Below, piece after piece: positions 6,726 to 14,457 of a stretch of 14,457 nucleotides of DNA. The position numbers and the translations under genes were made by a program. Within the stretch, counting starts at the first letter, position 1. Each line of letters begins with the position of its first letter. Source of the DNA: an uncultured archaeon (GTDB lineage: Archaea; Aenigmatarchaeota; Aenigmatarchaeia; GW2011-AR5); assembly GCA_964373695.1 (NCBI GenBank), contig CAYJVT010000015.1:1-14457 (forward strand). Direction: 5' to 3'. The notes beneath the pieces were generated by a model. The model searched no databases. It was not told where the DNA came from and saw only the letters and a list, made by a program, of their open reading frames with translations.

Positions 6726-6866
6726 ATGCTTCCGAAATGCTGCGGAAAACAAATGCTGACTAAAACAGAAAGTATCAGATTCATGGAACTCATGTGTAAA
6801 AAATGCGGCGACGTCATATACATAAAAAAATCCGAGGCGCAGATTCCGCAGCTTCTGGACGATTAG
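6726..6866 (+). CDS. Small zinc-ribbon protein (46 aa)
   Basis: MLPKCCGKQMLTKTESIRFMELMCKKCGDVIYIKKSEAQIPQLLDD*. CC...CxxC ligands, strong SD GAGGTGA at 6713-6719 (6 nt before the ATG), and a stop overlapping the dnaG stop. Below the ORF-track length cut-off. Confidence 0.8.
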   Translation: MLPKCCGKQMLTKTESIRFMELMCKKCGDVIYIKKSEAQIPQLLDD

Positions 6867-8041
6867 GCCGAAGGCTCACACTTCAGGTCCTGGATCGTAA
6901 GAAGCTTTGTCCCAACAGACCTTACGCGCTCCCTGAATCCCATCCCAACAATGTATGAAATCCTGCGTTTGTTGGCGATGTCGACTATGGGCTGGTTTAT
7001 CTTACCGTCAAAAACTATAGCGTAAATGTTGCCGAAGCTGTTGATGGCCTCCCCGACCTCGCTTATCGGCACCTTGCTCAATGTCTGCATATCGGAATCG
7101 ACGATATACGCGGCGCGTGTGCCCACAAGACCTTCTAGCATCGTGGCGAAGAATTCCCTCTCCTTCAAATCATCCCTAGGTTCCTGCATCTCTGGCTGCG
7201 CATCCGGCTGGGGCGGCGCCTTATCGCTGCCTGTCTGGTTTATCGGAACCCTGTCCCGCAGGGCCTTGAAAATTTCCTTTCTTGAAAGCTCCTCGACTTC
7301 CTTCCCGAATTGCGCCCTCGTGATGAAATCTATCTCGGCTACTGCAAGGAGTTTTTTCAAGTCCAAATCCCCTCCGCGGTCACCGTCCAAGAATGCCGTT
7401 GTCGTCTTCTGCTTCGTCAAGTCCGCGACTTCCTGCGGTATCTTGCTCCCCTCTATGGCCACAACGTTTCTTATGCCGTTTTTCAGGAGATTTATCACAT
7501 CAGCTCTTCCCTCGACTATTATTATTTCGTCAGAAGTCATGATATCAGGTCCAGCACTAAGTCCTTGGTAGTTTATTACTTCCCATGAACGGACTGCCTC
7601 CTTTACTATTTCAGATATCTTCTGGGAATCCGGCATTCCTTGGTCCATCACAGACCTGAGTATATCCTTCGCCCTCTCTATGACGTATTGCCTTTTCTGG
7701 CTTCTAACGTCCTCGACACTTATGATATCGACCTGCGCGTCGCAGGGCCCTATCTTGTCTATCGTCTCCATAGAGGCGGCTATAAGGGAGGTTTCGCTTG
7801 CATCGAGGCTTGATGGTATGATAACCTCAGCCATTGACCTACCCTTGTTGGTCTTCACGTCGACCTCTATGCGGCCTATGCGGCCCGTGTGCTGCAGTTC
7901 CCTGAGATCCAGCTCGGAGCCAAGCAGGCCTTCCGTCTGGCCGAATATAGCTCCTATTATGTCTGGCCTCTCAACGACGCCCTTGGCGTTCACCCTCAAT
8001 TTGATTACATATTTCGCAAAATTCTGGGCCAATTTAGCCAT
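6863..8041 (-). CDS. dnaG: Archaeal DnaG-type primase (TOPRIM; exosome-associated in archaea)
   Basis: 'KYVIKLRVNAKGVVERPDIIGAIFGQTEGLLG', 'LRELQHTGRIGRI', TOPRIM motifs VEGRADV and FLDGDRGG. Start at ATG 8041, which lies 5 nt after the SD GGGTGA. Confidence 0.95.
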   Translation of the reverse strand: MAKLAQNFAKYVIKLRVNAKGVVERPDIIGAIFGQTEGLLGSELDLRELQHTGRIGRIEVDVKTNKGRSMAEVIIPSSLDASETSLIAASMETIDKIGPCDAQVDIISVEDVRSQKRQYVIERAKDILRSVMDQGMPDSQKISEIVKEAVRSWEVINYQGLSAGPDIMTSDEIIIVEGRADVINLLKNGIRNVVAIEGSKIPQEVADLTKQKTTTAFLDGDRGGDLDLKKLLAVAEIDFITRAQFGKEVEELSRKEIFKALRDRVPINQTGSDKAPPQPDAQPEMQEPRDDLKEREFFATMLEGLVGTRAAYIVDSDMQTLSKVPISEVGEAINSFGNIYAIVFDGKINQPIVDIANKRRISYIVGMGFRERVRSVGTKLLTIQDLKCEPSA

Positions 8042-8270
8042 TAAAATCACCCTCTTGTTATATCCGCCGGTTTTCCGGCCAAATGGCAGAAATAGGCATG
8101 ACTAAAAACAGAGCACACCTTTGCCGCATTGGAGCGGCTCATGAATCTTCAGCATGAATTATTACCTTCCGTGAATCATGACTGCCATTAAACAATGAAC
8201 TATCATTGTATATTGATTGTAATGCACAAATGTTTAAAAACCTATTATTTTCACTACTTTTAAATGATTA

Positions 8271-8681
8271 TCAGGACTTCATGCTTTCCTCTATGCGCTC
8301 ATCGAGCTTCTTCAGGTTCTCGATTGAAAGTTTTCTGACAGCCGGGTACATATTCTTGAGGTAAAACTCCGACAAAACGGACGACATGAACCCCCTTTCC
8401 TCCATATTGACGTCAAAACTGCCGGTTATGTTCACGGAAAGCCTTTTCTGGGCGCTCCGCATGAGGACTGACATCTGAATCCTGGAGAATTCGTCCACCA
8501 TGCTTACTATGTCAAATTCAAGCGCGCTCCTGTGCTCTGGGCCGTCTGTCATGTACTCGTTCCTTCTCTCGAAAACCTGACCCATCTCAGACGCTTGGTC
8601 CATGAATTTCAGGGAGAACCCATACGGATCGTCCTTCTCCAGGACGAAGTTCTTTTCCATCACGGACTCCTCTATCTTCAT
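8271..8681 (-). CDS. Hypothetical protein (136 aa)
   Basis: Protein-like composition, ATG start, divergent from hjc, no better overlapping ORF. No recognisable motif. Confidence 0.7.
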   Translation of the reverse strand: MKIEESVMEKNFVLEKDDPYGFSLKFMDQASEMGQVFERRNEYMTDGPEHRSALEFDIVSMVDEFSRIQMSVLMRSAQKRLSVNITGSFDVNMEERGFMSSVLSEFYLKNMYPAVRKLSIENLKKLDERIEESMKS

Positions 8682-8737
8682 AATTACATATTCCCGCCCG
8701 GATTAAAAAGATTTATCTGGGGGCGCAAATTAAATAT

Positions 8738-9112
8738 ATGGTAAAAAAATACGCAAAGGGTTACAGGGCCGAGCGTCTCCTGCTCCAGGAACTTTCAAAG
8801 CTGGGCTACATGGTAATGAGAGCCCCGCATTCGGGGAGCTCAAGCATTGCGTCGCCCGACATAGTGGCGGTGAAAAACGGCAGGGTCATAGCCATAGAAT
8901 GCAAAGCCAGGGAAGAGGCTTTCAAGATAGAAGAGGACCAGCTGCTACAACTGAAGCAGTGGGAAGAGATGGGCGGGGCTGTGCCGTATATAGCGTGGAA
9001 GATATCAAGGGAGGAGTGGAAGTTCATCCACCTCAAGAACGTCATGGAAAAAGACGGAAACATAGGAAAAAAATTCGCCGAAGCCGTGGGAATAGGAATA
9101 AATCAGATATGA
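8738..9112 (+). CDS. hjc: Archaeal Holliday junction resolvase
   Basis: 'KGYRAERLL', 'RAPHSGS...PDIVAVKNGRVIAIECK': PD-(D/E)xK nuclease motif in an Hjc context. Confidence 0.92.
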   Translation: MVKKYAKGYRAERLLLQELSKLGYMVMRAPHSGSSSIASPDIVAVKNGRVIAIECKAREEAFKIEEDQLLQLKQWEEMGGAVPYIAWKISREEWKFIHLKNVMEKDGNIGKKFAEAVGIGINQI

Positions 9113-9190
9113 ACGCCTCCTTGTCGCAGACATTTAAATCCGTTCCGGATTCTATAGTCAAAGACATTAATTGGCGGAAAGTGGTGAAAC

Positions 9191-10441
9191 TTGAAAAGCG
9201 ACATCCCAGAATTCCATAAAATGAATTTTTCTCAACGTGTCAGGAAGATAAAAGACATGGCCGGCTTGGATGACAATGATATCGAATCCCTCTCATCCAA
9301 TATGAATATAAAAATAGCCGAAATGATGTCGGAAAACGTCATAGGAACCATAAAACTTCCTGTCGGAATAGCAACAAACTTCCTGATAGACGGGAAGGAA
9401 TATGTGGTACCAATGTGCATAGAGGAACCGTCGGTTGTAGCAGCGGCTTCGCATGCAGCAAAGCTTGCCAGAGCTGGCGGCGGATTCAAAACGGTATGCA
9501 CGCCGTCCATCATGATAGGCCAGATCCAGCTGATGGATATAAAAGAACCAGCAAAGGCCCGGGAAGCCATACTTTCAAAAACCGGCGAGATAAAGAAGCA
9601 TGCAAACCACCAAGATTCCGTCATGGTGAAGCTTGGCGGCGGCCTTATTGACGTGGAAGTCAGGGACATGCCGTCTTCCAGAGGGGCTCTGGTCGTCGTC
9701 CATCTCATGGTGGATGTAAAGGACGCCATGGGTGCCAACTGTGTCAACAGCATGTGTGAAGGCGTCGCCCCGTACCTGGAGAAGCTGACGGGGGGGCGCT
9801 CCGTGCTAAAAATAATCTCCAACCTTTCGGACAGGCGGTTGGTGAAAGCCGAGGCGGTGTGGAAAAAGGAGCTGATAGGAGAAGATGTGATAGAAGGCGT
9901 TCTTGACGCATATGAATTTGCAAAGGCAGACCCGTACAGGTGTGCCACGAACAATAAAGGTATAATGAACGGTGTGGACGCGGTGGCAATAGCCACTGGC
10001 AATGACTTCAGGGCCTTGGAAGCGGGCGCGCACGCGTATGCAGCAAAGAACGGATACAAACCCCTGGCAACATACAAGAAAAACGGGAACGGCGATATTG
10101 TCGGGAACATAGAGATGCCCATTTCAGTCGGGATAGTTGGCGGCGCCACGAAAACCAATCCCGTAGCGAAGACCTCGCTGAAAGTCATGCGGATAGGAAG
10201 CGCACACGAGCTTGCATCTGTCATGGCTTCAGTGGGGCTGGCAAACAATTTCGCCGCGCTGCGTGCCATGGTTTCGGAGGGCATACAGAAGGGTCATATG
10301 AAGCTCCATGCAAAGAACATAGCCATGTCGGCTGGATCCTCGGAAAACGAGGCATCCGACGTAGCAAAGAAGATGATGGAAGAAGGCGAGATATCCGTCT
10401 CCAAGGCGAAGGAAATACTGAAAAACACGAGGAAAAAATAG
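9191..10441 (+). CDS. mvaA: Class II hydroxymethylglutaryl-CoA reductase
   Basis: ENVIG, EEPSVVAAAS, DAMGAN, NKGIMNG, ATGNDFRA and GIQKGHMKLH motifs. TTG start after GGTGA (9183-9187). Confidence 0.95.
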   Translation: MKSDIPEFHKMNFSQRVRKIKDMAGLDDNDIESLSSNMNIKIAEMMSENVIGTIKLPVGIATNFLIDGKEYVVPMCIEEPSVVAAASHAAKLARAGGGFKTVCTPSIMIGQIQLMDIKEPAKAREAILSKTGEIKKHANHQDSVMVKLGGGLIDVEVRDMPSSRGALVVVHLMVDVKDAMGANCVNSMCEGVAPYLEKLTGGRSVLKIISNLSDRRLVKAEAVWKKELIGEDVIEGVLDAYEFAKADPYRCATNNKGIMNGVDAVAIATGNDFRALEAGAHAYAAKNGYKPLATYKKNGNGDIVGNIEMPISVGIVGGATKTNPVAKTSLKVMRIGSAHELASVMASVGLANNFAALRAMVSEGIQKGHMKLHAKNIAMSAGSSENEASDVAKKMMEEGEISVSKAKEILKNTRKK

Positions 10442-10467
10442 TCCGCGGCTTCCATATATAATTAATT

Positions 10468-11295
10468 CTAGAAAACGGCCTCGACATAAGCAGCGCCGAG
10501 TATCATGAGCTCGGCGGCCGCCAAGAATATCAGGGAATCCTTCAGGACTGTGTGGAATTCCTTGCTGCCAAAATCCTCACGTATTATGCCGACAGAAAGT
10601 ATGCCACCGGCCAGCCCTGCAATGAAATATGCCAGTATTTCCGGTATCCCATGCAATGCTATGCTACCCAAACTGGCCGGGATGCCGTAAGCGAAAGCGT
10701 AATATGAGGGGATTCCCTGGCCGATAAGCTTCTGGATGACGAAACCTGAAAAGACCGATATTATCGACGCGTTCCATACCAGAACAAAGACGGCGCCGGC
10801 GCCGAACATCGCAGACATTATGAACACCAGCATCATGACCTGGGTGTTATTCGCAAAATAGTTCCAGAAACTAGCGCCGGAATTGTAGGTCGCCCCTGCG
10901 GCTGCGGCTGGATTAAGCTGCCTCACCACATCAGCCTGCAGAGAGAAGACCCCGTTGAATTCGGGAAAAAATATGTAGATAAACGTCATCGATATGGCCG
11001 TTCCAAGGAAAAATGCGGAAAACACCGATATTGTCTGCCTGTGCCTGGAGAATAGGTTCCCCCTTATGCGCTTCCTGGCGGCCTCGTCCTCCTTCTCTTC
11101 CTCGACCTCGAAGAGCTTCTGGAAAAACGGCACAAAAAGGATTGTAATGAGGGCGACGGACAATATGGACGCCTGATCTGGGAAGAGTTTGTGGGCGAAG
11201 AATACCGCGACAAGAGTGTAGAAGAACGCTATAACGAACACATGCCAGGGCTTGTCTTCGGCGTTCTTGGGGTTCAGTATCGACTCGAGAACCAT
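10468..11295 (-). CDS. SpoIIM-like (DUF95) multi-pass membrane protein
   Basis: Several hydrophobic helices. 'YFANNTQV', 'VWNASIISVF', 'LHGIPEILAYFIAGLAGG' and terminal 'AAYVEA' match the SpoIIM pattern. Confidence 0.85.
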   Translation of the reverse strand: MVLESILNPKNAEDKPWHVFVIAFFYTLVAVFFAHKLFPDQASILSVALITILFVPFFQKLFEVEEEKEDEAARKRIRGNLFSRHRQTISVFSAFFLGTAISMTFIYIFFPEFNGVFSLQADVVRQLNPAAAAGATYNSGASFWNYFANNTQVMMLVFIMSAMFGAGAVFVLVWNASIISVFSGFVIQKLIGQGIPSYYAFAYGIPASLGSIALHGIPEILAYFIAGLAGGILSVGIIREDFGSKEFHTVLKDSLIFLAAAELMILGAAYVEAVF

Positions 11296-11389
11296 ATTTT
11301 ACTTTTGTCGCTTGCTGCATATAAGCACGGTATCATTAAGCCCAAAATTGGTACATCGTTTAATAAGCTTTTCCTGAATCAATTTAATT

Positions 11390-12427
11390 ATGGACATCGG
11401 AATAGCAGGCTACGGCGCATACATACCAAGGCTCAGGATAAAGGTGGAAGACATCGCCAAGGTATGGGGGCAGAATGCGGCCGCGATAAAAAACGGCCTG
11501 ATGATAGAGGAGAAGAGCGTCCCGGATGCGGATGAGGATACAATAACAATAAGCTATCAGGCCGGGAAAAACGCCATGCAGAGAGCCTGTATAAGCGGAA
11601 GCGAAATAGGTGCATTGTTCATAGGAAGTGAGAGCCATCCATATGCAGTGAAGCCTTCAGGCACTGTGGTGGCGGACGCACTTGAAATGACACCAAACGT
11701 CCTTGTTGCTGATTACGAATTTGCCTGCAAGGCCGGGACGGCCGGAATGCAGACATGTTACGGGCTCGTGAAATCCGGTGAAATTGACTATGGTATGGCC
11801 ATAGGGGCGGACACGGCGCAGGGTCAGCCCGGCGACGCGCTCGAATACACAGCGGCCGCAGGTGGGGCGGCCGTAATTATAGGCAGGAATCCCGTCGCCA
11901 TAATAGAAGGGATGAATTCTTACACCACGGATACGCCGGATTTCTGGAGACGTGAGGGCCAGTACTATCCAAAACATGGTGGGAGGTTCACTGGAGACCC
12001 GGCATACTTCCACCACCTCACATCCTCGGCGGCCGGGATGATGGAAAAGCTTGGGACGAAACCGTCCGATTACACATATTCGGCGTTTCATACTCCGAAC
12101 GGGAAGTTCCCGCTGCGGGCCGGGAAACTACTCGGGTTCTCACCGGAGCAGCTCAAATACAATCTCCTCGTGCAGAAAATAGGAAATACGTATTCAGGAG
12201 CCTCTATGCTAGTCCTTACCCATATACTCGACAATGCCAAGTCTGGAGACAGAATACTCATGACATCGTACGGCTCCGGGGCGGGCTCTGACTCGTTTTC
12301 CCTCCTCGTCACGGACAGGATAAAAGATACCGTAGGAAAGGCCCCGAAAACGTCCTATTACGCTGAAAACGGGGTGTACGTGGATTACGGGACGTATGCA
12401 AGACTAAGAGGGAAGATAAAAATATGA
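11390..12427 (+). CDS. mvaS: Hydroxymethylglutaryl-CoA synthase (archaeal type)
   Basis: 'IGIAGYGAYIPRLRI', catalytic 'EFACKAGT', 'FHTPNGKFP', 'IGNTYSG', 'SYGSGAGSD'. Confidence 0.95.
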   Translation: MDIGIAGYGAYIPRLRIKVEDIAKVWGQNAAAIKNGLMIEEKSVPDADEDTITISYQAGKNAMQRACISGSEIGALFIGSESHPYAVKPSGTVVADALEMTPNVLVADYEFACKAGTAGMQTCYGLVKSGEIDYGMAIGADTAQGQPGDALEYTAAAGGAAVIIGRNPVAIIEGMNSYTTDTPDFWRREGQYYPKHGGRFTGDPAYFHHLTSSAAGMMEKLGTKPSDYTYSAFHTPNGKFPLRAGKLLGFSPEQLKYNLLVQKIGNTYSGASMLVLTHILDNAKSGDRILMTSYGSGAGSDSFSLLVTDRIKDTVGKAPKTSYYAENGVYVDYGTYARLRGKIKI

Positions 12428-13578
12428 CGAACGCATATGTGACAGGAGTCGGCCAGACCAAATTCGGCGAGCTTTGGGACAAGTCATTGCGGGATTTGAT
12501 GGCTGAGGCCGGCATAGCCGCCGTAAGGGATTCGGGGATAGACAAAAATTCCATCGGAGGCGTGTTCGTCGGAAATATGTCTGGAGGAAGATACGCCGGA
12601 CAGGAGCATCTGGGGGCCTTGGCCGCAGATTGCCTCGGTATACATGCCGAAGCAAGCCGTTATGAGGGGGCATGTGCATCGGGTAGCATCGCTTTCAGGA
12701 ATGCATACAGGGCCGTCAAATCGGGTTATATGAATGCCGCTCTTGTCATTGGAGTGGAGAAGATGACCGACGTGAAAACGCCGGAGGCCGTCATGACGCT
12801 GGCTGCCGCCGGGGATCAGGAATGGGAAGCTTCGATCGGACTGACTTTTGCAAGCCTCTATGCCATGATGGCAAGAAGACATATGCATGAATATGGAACT
12901 ACACGAGAACAAATGGCAATGGTAAGCGTCAACAACCACAAGAATGCCGTCGGAAACAAATACGCCCAGTTTCCGAACAACATCAGCGTGGACGACGTCC
13001 TTAAATCATCTATGATATCAAGCCCACTGACGGTTCTTGACTGCTCGCCAGTAACCGACGGGGCCGCGGCCGTGGTCATTGTATCGGACAAGATGAAGAA
13101 GGAATTTGAGAAGCCTGTAAGAGTATCGGGGAGTGGACAGGCATCCGATGCCCTGGCGCTTCACGACAGGAGCTCACTGACAGAAATATTGGCAACAAAA
13201 ATGGCCTCGAAGAGGGCGCTAGACGAGGCCGGGCTCAAAATAACCGACATAAATTTCATCGAAGTCCATGATTGTTTCTCCATAAACGAGATAGTTGCAA
13301 TGGAAGACCTTGGTTTTTGCATGAAAGGTGAAGGCGGTAAATTCGTCGAAAGCGGGGCTATATCACTCGACGGTTCCATTCCGGTAAACACGACTGGCGG
13401 CCTGAAGGCCATAGGACACCCCGTAGGCGCCACCGGAGTGAGGCAGATAGTGGATATCGTGAGGCAGCTCAGGGGCGATTCGCACAACCAACTCAGGGGG
13501 ATTGAATACGGCATGAATCTTAACATAGGCGGCTCGGGGGCTACGGCAGTCGTTAATATTTTTGGTGATGGAGAATGA
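12424..13578 (+). CDS. Acetoacetyl-CoA thiolase (archaeal type)
   Basis: 'EGACASG' (active-site Cys), 'EVHDCFS', 'GGLKAIGHPVGATG'. ATGA overlap with the synthase stop. Confidence 0.95.
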   Translation: MTNAYVTGVGQTKFGELWDKSLRDLMAEAGIAAVRDSGIDKNSIGGVFVGNMSGGRYAGQEHLGALAADCLGIHAEASRYEGACASGSIAFRNAYRAVKSGYMNAALVIGVEKMTDVKTPEAVMTLAAAGDQEWEASIGLTFASLYAMMARRHMHEYGTTREQMAMVSVNNHKNAVGNKYAQFPNNISVDDVLKSSMISSPLTVLDCSPVTDGAAAVVIVSDKMKKEFEKPVRVSGSGQASDALALHDRSSLTEILATKMASKRALDEAGLKITDINFIEVHDCFSINEIVAMEDLGFCMKGEGGKFVESGAISLDGSIPVNTTGGLKAIGHPVGATGVRQIVDIVRQLRGDSHNQLRGIEYGMNLNIGGSGATAVVNIFGDGE

Positions 13579-13605
13579 AGAATAAAAACTTCGCGAGTGG
13601 TAGAA

Positions 13606-14004
13606 ATGCCGCATAAGACTTCCGTTTCCATGCCGTGGAGGTTGAAAAAAGGCAGGTACAACTTCTCAGGCTCAGTATGCAAGAAATGCGGAAAGACTTA
13701 CTTCCCGAGCAGGTTATATTGCCCTGGCTGCCATGAAAACACGACGGACAGAAAATTATCCGGCGACGGAACCATACTGACTTTCACAGAAAATCACACG
13801 GCGCCTGCCGGCTTCGAAAAATATGCCCCATACTTCATATCAATAATACAGCTCGATGAAGGGCCGATGATAGCAGGCCAGGTGGTGGGTGACACCGCAA
13901 ACATTGCTATAGGGAAAAATGTGCGTGCTGTATTTAGGAAACTTTTTGAAGATGACGACAGCGGCCTCATACATTACGGTATGAAATTTGAATTGGCTGA
14001 ATAG
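13606..14004 (+). CDS. DUF35 (zinc ribbon + OB-fold) scaffold of the thiolase/HMG-CoA synthase complex
   Basis: 'WRLKKGRYNFSGSVCKKCGKTYFPSRLYCPGC', then OB part 'GTILTFT...AIIQLDEGP'-like. Start at ATG 13606 or GTG 13597. Confidence 0.92.
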   Translation: MPHKTSVSMPWRLKKGRYNFSGSVCKKCGKTYFPSRLYCPGCHENTTDRKLSGDGTILTFTENHTAPAGFEKYAPYFISIIQLDEGPMIAGQVVGDTANIAIGKNVRAVFRKLFEDDDSGLIHYGMKFELAE

Positions 14005-14012
14005 CCGGGGGT

Positions 14013-14204
14013 TTATTGTTTCTTCCTTTTTTCCGTGTTATTTCGATACTGGCGCCCGATTCTTTTGTATAATCTTTGGCTATCTTCCCATCTTAAAACA
14101 AGAACACGCCATCTGCTTTGCTCTTCTATACCGAATAACTCATCATCTAAATAACTTCTTACCCTCTTTGCCGTAGACCTTAGATATCTTTCTGAATATG
14201 GCAT
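14013..14204 (-). CDS. Possible small basic hypothetical protein (63 aa)
   Basis: ATG start with a TTTAAATA box upstream (14235-14228, minus). Convergent with DUF35 without overlap. No motif recognised. Confidence 0.45.
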   Translation of the reverse strand: MPYSERYLRSTAKRVRSYLDDELFGIEEQSRWRVLVLRWEDSQRLYKRIGRQYRNNTEKRKKQ

Positions 14205-14457
14205 AATGTCCGGTCTGGCGAAAGTATATTTAAATTAAACAAACTAGCAGCATCACGGTACCACAGAGACCCTGTTATTTCTGTTGGAATGTTATGTATA
14301 TGTGGATTGGGAATTTTCTTTATTTAATAATTATTTTATTTTCAGTAGTAATGAAGAACAAGTTCTCTTTTCTAATTATATTTTTCCATACTTAAAGATT
14401 TTACTTTCATGTTATATATTTTTCTATTGAATATGATTTTTAATATATTTTTTAATA

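Noticed and set aside
7026-7571. 181-aa plus-strand ORF and other short ORFs inside assigned genes (e.g. 376-609, 5406-5804, 7680-8105, 13161-13682)
   Set aside because: These are antisense or alternate-frame shadows of genes with clear family motifs.
9232-10284. 350-aa minus-strand ORF
   Set aside because: It lies entirely antisense to HMG-CoA reductase, with Ser/Ala/Pro/Thr-rich composition typical of a codon-bias shadow ORF.
16-14204. Alternative genetic code (TGA reassignment)
   Set aside because: TGA, TAA and TAG all end well-defined genes at the expected C-termini.

Overview
Archaeal chromosomal window of mostly housekeeping genes, with GGTGA/GAGGTGA ribosome-binding sites, archaeal-type DnaG, Hjc and HMG-CoA synthase. 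A DPANN-like origin is only a guess from gene style. Left to right: a minus-strand module of PRC-barrel protein, AAA+ ATPase with C-terminal winged helix and a small HTH protein, with a 385-bp non-coding array between the ATPase and HTH genes; a thpR / membrane OB-fold / sugar-phosphate nucleotidyltransferase operon; an acidic orphan gene; phosphomannomutase; an IS200/IS605-like hairpin pair; a 46-aa zinc-ribbon gene missed by the ORF track; dnaG; a hypothetical gene; hjc; and an upper mevalonate cluster (class II HMG-CoA reductase, HMG-CoA synthase, thiolase, DUF35) interrupted by a SpoIIM-like membrane gene. The most striking feature is the array at 1520-1904. It has two clusters of a degenerate 11-bp pseudo-palindrome (GTGAA-N-TTCAC) in helical phase, flanking a ~100-bp core of about 81% AT. 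This is a candidate replication origin or centromere-like site with its own DNA-binding and AAA+ proteins, linked to a cell-division-type PRC-barrel gene. No tRNA, rRNA or CRISPR array was recognised. All assignments come from reading motifs; no database search was run.
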